Part shown: piece by piece, positions 1 through 11,501 of the stretch
Layout: the number at the start of each line of letters is the position of its first letter
How positions within the stretch are numbered: position 1 is the stretch's first letter
Assembly (NCBI RefSeq): GCF_000400465.1
Contig: NW_008806278.1
Location: 322,592-354,591, forward strand
DNA from: Wallemia ichthyophaga EXF-994
Lineage: Eukaryota; Fungi; Basidiomycota
Length of the DNA stretch: 32,000 nt
Reading direction: 5' to 3'
Position numbers and translations under genes: made by a program
Notes under the pieces: generated by a model
Databases searched by the model: none
What the model saw: the letters and a program-made list of their open reading frames with translations, nothing else
What the model was told of the DNA's origin: nothing

Positions 1-2
1 CC

Positions 3-482
3 GAAAAGAAAGGCTTTGACAATATAATGGCACTTAATGTGAAAGCAACGTTTTACATGATTGTCGGTTTGGCAGACCTGTTGGCTAAGGGGAAGAGCAA
101 CATCGAGCCAGCGCACGTTGTGAACGTGTCATCTGTGGCCGGAGTGGTTACGAGTGCTCAATCTGGTGGACTTGTATCGCCAGATGCGGGCTCGTGGTCT
201 TACGGCGCTAGCAAGGCAGCTCTCAATCATCTCACCAAGACGCTCGCACAGACTCTGAGCAGGAAACATATCATGATCAATGCTGTGCTGCCTTCTGTGT
301 TTGAAACGCGTATGACTCGCCACGCCGTCGCGGATCACATGGACGAACTCCTGTCTAGTCAGCCCACAGGCCGCCTAGGACAGGACAGCGACATTGCTGC
401 AACCCTTCTCTTCTTGGTGAGCAGGGGCAGCTCGCATGTCACTGGTAATCTTATCGTGCTCGATGGCGGCTCGACATTGTAG
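3..482 (+). CDS. Short-chain dehydrogenase/reductase (SDR), 5'-truncated by window edge
   Basis: Frame is open from base 3 (EKKGFDNIMALNVK...). It has the NVSS motif, catalytic YxxxK (YGASK), INAVLP and the typical SDR C-terminus (VTGNLIVLDGG). Confidence 0.9.
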   Translation, partial: EKKGFDNIMALNVKATFYMIVGLADLLAKGKSNIEPAHVVNVSSVAGVVTSAQSGGLVSPDAGSWSYGASKAALNHLTKTLAQTLSRKHIMINAVLPSVFETRMTRHAVADHMDELLSSQPTGRLGQDSDIAATLLFLVSRGSSHVTGNLIVLDGGSTL

Positions 483-1831
483 ATCACCAATGCAAATACC
501 GAAGAAGTAAGTGTATTCTTGAATTAATGTATATCATTCTCGAAATTCGGGTGTAATTTTCACCTATGACGTATTCGTCATAGCACCGCAACGACTGGAA
601 ACCTGAGAAATCTGGATATCGTTTGTAGCAGGTTTCTTCACGAGCCATTCAAGAGTGCGCCTATAGTATGTAGCATTGTATAGCGCTCGGTGCTCGTCAA
701 ACCAGATGTGGCATGTCGCAGGGAGCGTAATTTGGTTGCTTGAAAAGCTCTTTAGACAATATCCTGCCTTCCACTACTCCAACGTGGCCTAAATCACCTT
801 CACACCCGCATTATTTGAAATCTCGAAATGCATCAGGTGAAAAGCCAAACCCCAATTTCAGAGTTGGCCTGACCCCCTCGTTTCTTTAAATTAAGTGTAC
901 CCAATAGGCGTGGGATGATCCGGTATGACAGTACTTTTTCCCTGGAGCCATATTTGAGTCCTGTAGACGCTACTTGTCGGAAACGTAAATCGCGTCGACA
1001 AGGTTGATCACTCAATCTTTCTGGGTTCTTGGGGTCTCTATAAGTCCGAGAAATTTTATGCATCAATTCCTTGCCTAGAATCCTCCATACACATCCTATG
1101 CGTAGTAAAGAGTGATGTCGGATTGCAACTTTTGAACATCCTACAGTGCGCGATTGAATCCTCAGGGATATAAATCTGGCATTATCTTATAAAAAGTATT
1201 CGGGGCTGTTTGTGAAGTAATTTTATTCGGAGATCATTAAAACTCGTAAATCAGTCATCTGAGATTAGATAGTTGATATGGGCGAGATCCAACTCGTTGA
1301 ATATCTAGCGGAGAGTCGAGAAAAGATTTATTTGGAATGCTAAAGGCTGTATGAAAACGATGATTATTCTGAAATGTTCAAACTGCCAGTATACGGCTTC
1401 GCTGAGTTCAACCTTGCACTTTTTTGGCCATTTGCAGAGTGATCTGAATATATCTATTTTGATAAGTTCTTACGCCTTATTAAAATTGTTTATGGACTGT
1501 TAAACCCCTCTGCTATCTCTTAGACTCGTTTTGAGGTATGTGATGCGAATCCGAATTGCAACTTAATGATAGAAGAATAAGATAAAACAAAAAGGACGAA
1601 ATTCAGCAGAAAATCGAAGCGTTTGCTTTATTACTCATCCCTGTCTGCTCAAACGCGTGGGCAACGCACCTGCAAACATTTCACACCACGCGGGGAAAGC
1701 AATGCTATGGAAACCTCATTTTACACTTTTAACACGGTGAAAGATGAATTTTCTACGTTACAAGTTACACCTATCTATTTTATCAACTGCTTTCGTCAAT
1801 CCGGACGTTATTTTAGTCGTTATAAGTTTGA

Positions 1832-2752
1832 TTACCTGGCAACGCCAACTAATTCGGCCTTAGAGAATTCACCGGTTGGCTTTTGTTCCCATCGGTGCTT
1901 AGTTGGAGTTTTTTCTATCGTAACTGGAGATGGGACTTCTTCTGGTGCCTTCTTAGAGTTGAGGTTGCTGAGGTATAATGTCCACAAGACACCACATGAA
2001 GCGGTAAATGGTACTCTGAAGCTTAAAGGAGCTTAGCAAGGATGCTTTCATAACCATATCCACTTACGCCAATGGACAGAATCGGAAGTTAACCAATTGG
2101 ATCAAAGGCCAAACCTTCCAATTTGCAAGGATTGCTGGGAGGAACAGGTCTTCGTACTTGTTTTTTAACTCTCTAAGGGACTTCCCTTCGAGTACACCAA
2201 TGGTGCCAATGAAAGCGGTAAGCTGAATGTTGTGAGTGTGACGTCATCGGATATGGATGCGACTTACACCGAACGGCGCCCTGTTTGAAGTTTGAGACTG
2301 TTATAGGCGTGTAATCAACCAAAATACTTACATCGCTGACTGATCCACACCGACCCTAGTGAAAAGCATCCTGAGACTTATTGGAGTATGCGGAAGTGCG
2401 CCAGGGCCTTTAAGAGGAAATCTCTTTTCCAAGAACTTGTTCCAGTAGTTGAGAGGAGTTCCCATGGCAGCACCGAAGATAAAGAAGTTTGCAGTTCTTC
2501 TTGGGTTCCACTTCCGCTGTTGATTATCATCCATTTCTGGCTGTATTGAGGATAAGAAACGCGTGTATAATGTGAATATCGCCTACATTAATAGTTTGTG
2601 CGATGGTATCTGCCATAGCGGATAGCGAACCGTTTGTTAATGATAGCGTAAGGTTAGGTCTGCGATTGAAGGAGGACTGTGGATTACAAGGAGTAAGATA
2701 GGAATAGATTAGATTAATGACGAACTTGATAAGCTTTAGCGAACGCTGCCAT
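1832..2752 (-). CDS. Mpv17/PMP22 family membrane protein (SYM1-like), multi-exon
   Basis: Manual splicing gives MAAFAKAYQ|SSFNRRPNLTLSLTNGSLSAMADTIAQTIN|PEMDDNQQRKWNPRRTANFFIFG...VDQSAM|APFG|LTAFIGTIGVLEG...ANWKVWPLIQLVNFRFCPLA|FRVPFTASCGVLWTLYLS. The ANWKVWP/QLVNF motif is typical of the family. A possible extra intron at 1787-1835 would move the stop to 1783. Confidence 0.88.
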
Positions 2753-2947
2753 TTTACTATGTGTTGGTTGTACAGATGCAGGATGGGATGATGACGACGA
2801 GTACAAAGTAAGAAATAAGCTCAGGTTAAGCCAAATTGAAATACAGCTAAAATAGCTTGGTAAAATTCAATTATCTTGTTTACGCGTCTGCCACTCTCAA
2901 GCACTCAAACCACCAACAACAATTCAACTGAGCGATATTGATCGACT

Positions 2948-5409
2948 ATGCACGCAGCCACATCCGGAAATAATACAAATTCACCGAAAGCATCTAGCAG
3001 AGAGGATTCTCGCCGCATTGCTCGCGTACATTTCAACCTTTTATCAGAATTCTTAGACACGCATTTAAGAAAGGAGTCTCACTCTTCTAGAACTTCTGCC
3101 AGAGACAAGCTCACCAGGCTTACGCGTCAGCAATTTCAGGAATTGTCCACCGATGTCTTTGACGAGCTGCAGAGGCGCTTTGACGGCGAAGAAGATTCAA
3201 CCCCGCGCTCTAGTAAATCTGACAGCATAGACAAGACTTCTGCAACCCCTTACCTCCCCACAAAAGCCGAATTTCATCCCAAGCGTAACCAGGCCAGGCA
3301 AAAACTTGCAACTCTCCCAAAGACGCGTTTCAAGGATCTGGCTTCCGATGTCTACTTTGAACTTGTTAGGAGATATCCTGAGTTAATGGATGAGCAGGAA
3401 CAGAAGGTCGATAAGAACAAGGTCGATGAGCAGCTTGTCGATATGGAAATTGAGTTTGGCGGTGAAAATCTCAACTCTACCGAAAAGCACAACAGCATTC
3501 AATCTTCGCGTAAATCTACAAACAGCTTATCAAACGTCGATCCATTTAGGGATCCAATTGAGCGTAATCATGCCGGTAATGAGGCCTTGTTTGTTCAAAA
3601 CACAGAATCTGCGGGCGCAGATCTCAAAAGAAATAGCTCTCTGGCTTCAACATCATCCTTACCATTCACTAAATCGACCCCGAGGCACTCAACCTTATCT
3701 GTATCTGTTCTCCAAGAAAAAAACGAACAGCCAGATCTGCCGCTTCCCCCTACGATAGACCGTAGTCGCTACAGCCACGACGGTCTAAGGGTGGACAGCA
3801 TAGACGACGCAGGCGAAAGAAGCACTCGTAGTATTAGCTACAGCTCTGTACCAGACACTAATACCCACATTACCCACCTCGATGTGAGTCTATATCCGAC
3901 TGCTTACCTTATCTTTAACACAAACAGTCTTTCGCCAACACAGATTCCCATCAACCATCTATTCCCGAATATGACAATTCAGCAGAGGACTTTGAACCTC
4001 CACAATCCACTAATCAAAGTCTATCAATCGCACCTGACACTGACAATCATAGTAATCAGCACAAAACGGCTTCTTCATCTTTCTTCAACGACGCTTCACT
4101 GAATGATTTCAAGGAGTCGTTGGAGAATGATATGAGAAATGAATCTAAAAGAGACTTTGTTAGTGACTCTAACAAGAAGGACGTTGAAGAGCACCAAGAA
4201 CAGCCAGAGCACCTCGAGCATTCACGGGATGAAAGCCCACCCAGAGAAGAACATGTTGATGGAGGTACTCCGCCACTCTTCTATCCTCCGCCTAGACCCG
4301 CAGCAGCAGCCTCTTCACCTCTTCGCATGGCATTTGATAGCGGTGAAGCAGACAGACTGAAACTCAATTTTGCACATAAGGAGTCAAAGTTTGAGAGAGA
4401 AAGGGATGAACTTAAGAGTCATGTTGGACGGCTGATAGAGGAGGTCAAAAATCTCAGCGAAAGAGAAGAGTCTCACTATATGGCTGAGGAGCAAAATAGA
4501 GATTACATCCACTCTCTTGAAATACAGCTAAAGGAGCTCAGAGATAGGTTTGGTCTGGTTAAGTCAGAGCTAGATAGGTTCAAGCGTTCGAGTGGGCTGC
4601 AGCCGCCATTGCCTGATAACAATGCCGCCAATATATCAATAAACGAACATGGTGCAATTGCATTCGAGTCGCTTACAGGGCTGCAGACTGCGATTGATGA
4701 TCTCATTGTTGCTGGTAGATCTACATCTCCATCACTCGTCCTGAACGTCATGAAGCCAATCGTCGGCTTTGTTATATCGATACAAAGCGATACTGAAACG
4801 TGGCAAAACAGCGCTGGAAAGGCAGAAAGGGATCGTATCAATGTACCGAAAGAAAGATTGATCGCTACGCTAGACAATATGATGACAGCGACACACAATC
4901 ACGCAATGGGTGGTGGACTTTCGCCAATCTCACTGCTCGATGCTGCAGCGTCTCATGTTGCAATGTCAGCAATAGAACTGGCAAAGCTAATAGGTTTAAG
5001 AAGGCCGTTATCAGGCTCGACGGATGAAGAGATGGTGGAGGACGAGAATGTTGAGAGATCATGGGATGAGTGCAAGAAAGAAGTCGAGGAGCACTCCAAT
5101 AAAGTTACAGCAATGATAGAGCATGTCTTATCCTCTTCCCGACAACACCGCAATACTCGGCTACCAGACTTAAGCAGTTACCTCAACCAAATCATATCAA
5201 CTACATCGACAATAACGATAATATGCCAGCGTGTCAAGGAATCGAATGATATCTATAGGATAGAAACTATAGCCAACAACCTATCAAACTCTAATTCAGT
5301 CCTATGTGAATACTCGGGAGATGAGATCCTCGAAGGAGATACACGCAAAAGGCTGCTATCGACAATGATATCAGTCGCAAGTAATTTAAAAGATTTAATC
5401 AGAGTTTGA
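2948..5409 (+). CDS. SPA2: Polarisome scaffold Spa2 homologue (two SHD/GIT repeats, coiled coil, Spa2 C-terminal domain)
   Basis: Two Spa2-homology repeats (QFQELSTDVFDELQRR; RFKDLASDVYFELVRRYP). A 44-nt intron at 3884-3927 (GTGAGT...AACAG) joins ORF 2948.. to the frame of ORF 4120..5409. Confidence 0.88.
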
Positions 5410-5597
5410 TGAATTGTAAATTGTGTTATACCCATATAGTATTAAGATTTTCACATTGGAATGAAGTATTCAGACTAGTGCGAAGATGGAACCAAATCGG
5501 GCAAGTTAGTAATATTCGATGAAGCGCTCGTTATCACAGACCAGCAAAAGAAGACCAAACCAAAGTTTGTTTACATACCCTATATCGACAACTTGGG

Positions 5598-7963
5598 ATG
5601 AAAAATTTGGCATCAACGATTCTATTGCTCGCCTTGGCGTGCTATGCTAATGCAGAGATATACGTAAGCTCAAAGATGCTATAAAAATGCACAAACTAAT
5701 TAGGTACAGCCAACGACTGCACCAGATGGAACAGTATCTGCCGTTGACAGCGAAAGCGGAGACATAGTCGAGCAAGGCTCGGCGACAGATGGTGGTTCTG
5801 ACGTAGCAGGAAAGCTTTTTGGAGCTTTTTCGCTCATAATCGGTCTTATTTTAGCGACGATTGGTCTACGTCAGCGCTGGAGAGTCGGTCCAGGTTTTAA
5901 CATTGGCTTGATTGCTGCTATGAGTGAGTAAGGGTGCATGGTCAGACAGTCAACTAATTATGCAGTCATATGGATCGTTTTTATTGACAATATTGGTAGA
6001 AATAGCTTATCAAACACCGAAAAAGGCTCTGATATCATCATATTTGTTGCAACCGCGGTGTGTGTGATTTGCCAAATTAAACACGGTCTCATAACGCGCG
6101 CAGGTGGTATTTTTAGTAGTAACGCTAGTGGTTGTTTTAGCACGCGGTGTCAAAGTTGGTCTCGCTCTTTACGCTCCCGTTGGATGTGAGTAGTGCGTTG
6201 GTTAGCTAGTTATTACAATGCTTATGTTTCAAAGTCACCGCTCTCGGTTTTCTTGCAACGCTTTTGATTCCTTCTAAAGCTTCAGAAGATCTATGGCCCC
6301 GCGCGCTTCTTGTTGGTCTCCTGGCTGGTATCGGATTGGCTTCATTCTTTTTCAAACAGACCAGAAGAGCAGGACAGGTATGTGATTGAAGATACACTCA
6401 ACCACTATCTAACACGAAATAGGCCCTTGGAATATCTTGGACAGGTCTCTTCTTGTTCTTCTTGGGTATCGACGTTCTTGTTGAATCTCCAGATGGGTTC
6501 AGCTTGGGACTTCGCAAGTTCTTCGATGGCAATATACACCATTATGTCGTGCGTTGTCATTGCGCTTGTACACTGCTCTGCTTACACCGCGCCAGGAACT
6601 TGAACGACCATATGAGCTCACAATACCGACAATTGTTATGAGCGTGATTGCTATAGCTTTGGGGCCATTCGTTGCCTTGGCTCAGCACAAACTGCACCCA
6701 TCGCCAGAACACCAATGGGGCACAGATGAAGACACTAATTCTGAAAAACGTTGGACGAAGAATAGTCGCTACAGACCTTCCCTTCCCGCTGCTACAGGAG
6801 TGATACACTACGGAGGCAGAAGTGAAACAGCATCGACTGCGTCGTCGATGACCTCGGTGAAAAAACCACAAATGTCTCAGAGACCACCACCGCCTGCTCG
6901 AGTTAGAACTAGGTCCTCAGCTATGACATTTGACAAGGTCGTTGAAAGTCCTCTGGAAGGAGACTTTGAAGGTGTACAGAAGCTGGGATACGCTAGTGGA
7001 GCAAGCTCTGACGACTCGCATGGTAACTCCTCGAACGAAAAGTCGCCTGTCGAGCCTGTTGTGGTTGAATTGAAAGATAGCGAGGCTAAGAAAGACAAGG
7101 AGGATGATCATATGAAGAAAGAAAATGTGAAGGCTGACGATGTCGAATCTAGTGAGAGTAGTGAAGAAGAAGAACACTCAACATACTCGCATTCGTCGTA
7201 CTCACCAACAAAGCGTGATTTATCGATACTTACGAAATCAAAATCACTCGCTCCGTCTCAGGTACCTTTGTCTCAAGCACAACTAGCGTCTCAAGCACAG
7301 CTGGCTCAGACACAAGCAGCTCAACTAGCTCAGACGCACGCTCAATTTGCAGATTCTAACAATCAGCTGAGCAGTGGTATTACACCATCTCAATCAATGC
7401 CCGAATCGAAATCGCGCGATCAGTCGCTAGCCTTTTCGCAATCAAACGTCTTCCCAGAATCACAGATATTCTCAACGAGAACAGATTCCATGGAAAAACC
7501 ATCAGCATCAGAAGATGCAGCATTGCAAGCAGCAGCAACAGGTGCAAGACAAAGACCAGCGGCACAGAGGACATTTGAGGACCCAGTGCTGTATGACAGC
7601 TATGATGCTATAAGCAAACTGGAGAGACATTTGTCGATGATAGTCGAAGATAGAGCGACAGAGAATGACCTGATGAGCCAAATGCCAGGATCACCATTCA
7701 CAGGACCAGCACCAAGAAGAGAGAGCGTGGCATCGCCAACAAAGTTAGTGGATTCACCCAGTATGTTGACAGAAAGTGCGACATTTTCACCTATACAATC
7801 AAACACGAATATCAACGGAGTAACGCTAACAGAAGCTTTAACGGATGAACCACGTGACGATAGACTTAAGGAGAGTATGGACGCAGTCAGTTTACATCCT
7901 AGTCTAATCGATGATGACGATTTTAATGTAATTTACAAGTATAGCAACGATAACAAGATCTAG
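5598..7963 (+). CDS. Signal-peptide, multi-pass membrane protein with DUF4203 (TM7S3/TM198)-like region and long Ser/Glu/Gln-rich C-terminal tail
   Basis: ATG at 5598 (MKNLASTILLLALACYANA, signal-peptide-like), followed by several short GT-AG introns and hydrophobic helices (LFGAFSLIIGLILATIG; VVFLVVTLVVVLA). The last long exon is in ORF 6554..7963. The family call is from overall resemblance only. Confidence 0.6.
7271..7345 (+). repeat. Degenerate coding tandem repeat (SQAQLA SQAQLA QTQAAQLA QTHAQ)
   Basis: TCTCAAGCACAACTAGCG / TCTCAAGCACAGCTGGCT / CAGACACAAGCAGCTCAACTAGCT / CAGACGCACGCTCAA read directly from the sequence. Confidence 0.8.
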
Positions 7964-7995
7964 AATATATTGTTTCTTTTTGGTGAATAAATAAG

Positions 7996-8775
7996 TTAAA
8001 GCAAATCCTTCCAAGCGTTCTTTTCCTTCTTGATGGACTTTGAGCGTTTGCGTTTGAGTGAGGGGGAGCTACCTCTGCTGCTATCTGGAGTTTCAATTGG
8101 AGTTTCAACGGGAGGAGGTATATTATTTAATGGAGCAACGGCTGGAGCATTTTGAGCTTGTTGATACTTGAGGAGAAGCTTAACTCTGAAATACTCTTGT
8201 ATTGACAGATTGCTTTTGTTCTTCATCGTTGGAATTTCAGTGGGGGAATTCTCGCGAGAAGGGTCCGCCGTAGATGGTACGGAGCCATTGGCGTCTACAC
8301 CTAGAATTTCCCTCATTGCATCCTTATTGAGCTGAGATTTGGCGTTGCGGTACTTGGATCTCGATCTGAGTGGATAAGCGTGAGAGGAGGGGTATAGAGG
8401 TATGTACACGTACACGTTTTTAGAAGTGGAAGATGGTGGAGGAGTTGGAGTGGGAGTGGGAGTTGCCGTGGAAGTTGCCGCTGGGGAGGAAGCAGCACCA
8501 CCCTTATTAAGTTTAGCGAGAATGTTACCAAACTCAAGTCCCCCACTCCAATCATCCTTCTTCTTCATATCAGCGCCAATACCCATGGTATCAAACTTGT
8601 AAGAAGACTTGATAGCGTTCACGTTTCCCTGTTTTGCAGCGCCGAGACCAACTTGAGGATTCCAGCCGCTACTCGCTAACATTTTAAATCCAAATTTATT
8701 TTGATCATCCGCCCACTGGCGATTCCGAGGATCGTCTCGCAGCTTTTGCTTCTCTTTGCGTCCACCGAGGCCCAT
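7996..8775 (-). CDS. PXR1: G-patch rRNA-processing protein Pxr1/Gno1 (PinX1 homologue)
   Basis: Starts MGLGGRKEKQKLRDDPRN at 8775. G-patch: FGFKMLASSGWNPQVGLG...GIGA. Lys-rich tail. An in-frame 48-nt intron lies at 8366-8413 (GTACGT...CTCAG). Confidence 0.85.
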   Translation of the reverse strand: MGLGGRKEKQKLRDDPRNRQWADDQNKFGFKMLASSGWNPQVGLGAAKQGNVNAIKSSYKFDTMGIGADMKKKDDWSGGLEFGNILAKLNKGGAASSPAATSTATPTPTPTPPPSSTSKNVYVYIPLYPSSHAYPLRSRSKYRNAKSQLNKDAMREILGVDANGSVPSTADPSRENSPTEIPTMKNKSNLSIQEYFRVKLLLKYQQAQNAPAVAPLNNIPPPVETPIETPDSSRGSSPSLKRKRSKSIKKEKNAWKDLL

Positions 8776-8866
8776 GGCAGTTGATAAGAAGCGCTTCAAG
8801 GGAAATTAAATGGAAAATTTTAAGAAGTTGAGCTTATAGAACAAGTGAAAATAAAGTTGAATATAT

Positions 8867-11388
8867 ATGTCCACATATCCGATGACGTTGACTCGTTTGA
8901 CTTGTACAATCAAGTTGATGGACAAACTTCGCGGACAGCATCAGCAAATATCTCGAATACTTAATGTGAGTGGCGCACTGTGGAATATTAGAATCTATAG
9001 ACTCAAATGGATTAGGCTGTGCAGGATATCCCTCAATTTAAGCCATTCGATGTTGAATTACCAGATCAGAACACACTCAAGCCATTTATCACCCAGCTAA
9101 AGGGAATACACGTTGATTTAACACACTTTGATGATAAAGGCTTGAAAGATGTCGCTAAGAACACCTCCAATAGGAAGCTGTCAAAAGAAGACACAGATTA
9201 CTTGCAAGTCGTTTTAGAGGCTATAACCGTCTTCGAATCAGCCACTCAACTTCATGATAAACATAGACTCAATCTTCATCTCACTCAATTACGCTTAAAC
9301 TGGATTGATCAGCATAAAAGATATTTAGAATTGTTGAAAATCTTCAGTTTTAACAACTCCAACGACTCATTGAGTATCGCCGTCGACATCCTCACTCTCT
9401 CCTCTAGCGCCGTTGATGAGATGATCGAATTGATTAAAGTTCCTGACTCATTCCTAGACGAGCAAGATAAACTCGAAAATTCACTCACACAGCTTATCAG
9501 TCTCATACAAACACACAAATCTCTCATTCATCACTTATTTCTCGATTCATGGCTTCAACTAGAGTCAAATCCCCATCCTTTCGCAGATTTAGCTGCTTTT
9601 GAATATATTATATCATCTGCAACTAATTACACTGCTTTACACTCTGAAATTTACAATCTTGTTGAGCTTCTCCAGCAAGTAAGACAACAGTCGAGCGCGA
9701 TGATTCATTTAAGTAATGAGTTTCATCGATTACTCGTATTATCACCATCACACGATGCTCTCTCAGCGTTTCAACAACTAGTTCAACAAATCAAAGTTCT
9801 TTCCAATCAGTCCTCGCCTTTGATTGCTCAGATCAACACAAAAGTGCAAAAGGACGCAAAGGAGTTTCTGTCTCAACTCAATTCAATGTACAGATGTTAT
9901 TTCAAAATAGCTGATATTAGAGACCGCGCATTCTCAACGCTCGACGACTCCAACACAATCGCTCAGCTACCTTCGCTTGAGCTCCACTCTAGTTTGGTGG
10001 AGGTTCTCGATCAGCTTCAGTGTGATACTCAGCCCTCTAAAGACCTCATGAACGAGAGTAGACAGACACTCGACCGAATGTTGGTGCTATCTCAACTGAG
10101 GAAAAAGATAGACGATGGCGACCACTTGTTGTCTCAAATGCTGAACGCCGTTGATGAGCAGAAACAGATAGATGATCTTCGGAGCTCATTCGAAAATATC
10201 ATAAAGGATATACAGAATTCACAGGATAAGCGTGTCTTGAGGCATATTGGCCGGCTCAGGACGACTTGCGAAGAGGTAATTGAGATGACAATGGACGATG
10301 ATTGCAATTCATCGTCCCAGCCGTCTAATAGACTAAGATCTAGCTCTATTGAATCCTCATCCAGCGCTTTCTCAGGTTTGAGTCTGGTAGATTACAACAG
10401 CCCTCGCGCGAGGAAATTGTCATCAAGCTCAACGCACAAGAAACTTTTCGACGCCACGCACGACGGAGATATACCGCCAGTGCCGGCTATCCCGAATATG
10501 AAAGACTGGTCCAAATCCTCACTCAATCTGCCAGGCCCGTCGCCGCGCAAGGCCAAACCAACGCTGGATGCACAAGCGCATGATACTACGCCGACGCGTA
10601 AGCATGACCTCACGAAAGCAACCAGGTCTAGCATATCACGTCGCACAAATCGGGCAGTGTCGACGCCCATGCCGCACAAGACGCAGTCAGATGCCAGTCC
10701 GAGTCAGAAGCGGATCTTGTCGACTTCGACATCAGCCTCGTCTCTCAAAACACCCGCTCCTGCTCCGACCACACCTTCCAAGGGGAATGGGAGTGGTAGT
10801 GGGAGGAAGAAGAGTTGGTCGTCGTCACACTCCACTAGATCGCCGCGCCCGAGCTTCAAAGTGGCGTATCGCGCCAATCCCAAATCGAAACTTGATTGTG
10901 AGTTTGTGTATTACTATAAGGGAGTGATGAAATAATGCTAATTGGATTACTCTAGTGGCTGTAGGGAAGGTGGTCAATTCGCTACCTCTGTCTGTCAACA
11001 TCGAGAGGGCTGTAATGGCGGCTACTGACGTGAAGAAGTCTTACGAGACTGGCAAGTACTGGATAGGCGCACCTGATCCAAAGCTGTGCTTCTGTCGGAT
11101 ACTCCGCTCTAACACGGTTATGGTTAGGGTCGGTGGTGGATGGGAGGAGCTTTCCAAGTGAGTTGGAGCGCGTGCGCGAGTAGTGCGCGGTTTGCTGACT
11201 CGAGTCGCAGGTATCTGCTCACACACTATGCCAACCTGTTCATGTCAACGTCTACGTCGACTTGGACGTCTACACCTCCAGATGCCGTCGTTACTCCTGC
11301 CAAGAATCGCAAAACAAACACCTTGTTTAGCCCCGCATCGGAAAACTCACCAACACCGTCGCCATATATGTCTCCCTGGAGAATATAA
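8867..11388 (+). CDS. GAS2/GAR-domain protein with long helical N-terminal region and Ser/Pro/Arg-rich linker
   Basis: C-terminal GAR signature YWIG...KLCFCRILRSNTVMVRVGGGWEELSKYLLTH, assembled across introns 10898-10955 and 11158-11210. The first exon (8867-8965) and its acceptor (9015 or 9024) are less certain. Confidence 0.8.
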
Positions 11389-11501
11389 TAGTAAAACGGA
11401 ATGTACTTATTTGATCGCATACACCTGTACACCAATACGAGAAAAAAAAAATATTACATGATGAAGATAATACACAAGATACAAAGGAGAGAGAGATTCC
11501 G

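Noticed and set aside
1351-1503. 50-aa ORF MKTMIILKCSNCQY...HFFGH resembling a C2H2 finger
   Set aside because: Spacing is C-x2-C-x10-H-x3-H rather than x12. It is too short and unsupported to call.
1623-2036. 137-aa + strand ORF
   Set aside because: It starts at TTG, its 3' half is antisense to the last Mpv17 exon, and it has no recognisable motif.
3884-4102. Apparent two-gene split or frameshift in SPA2
   Set aside because: Explained by a canonical 44-nt intron; the first ORF merely reads through it.
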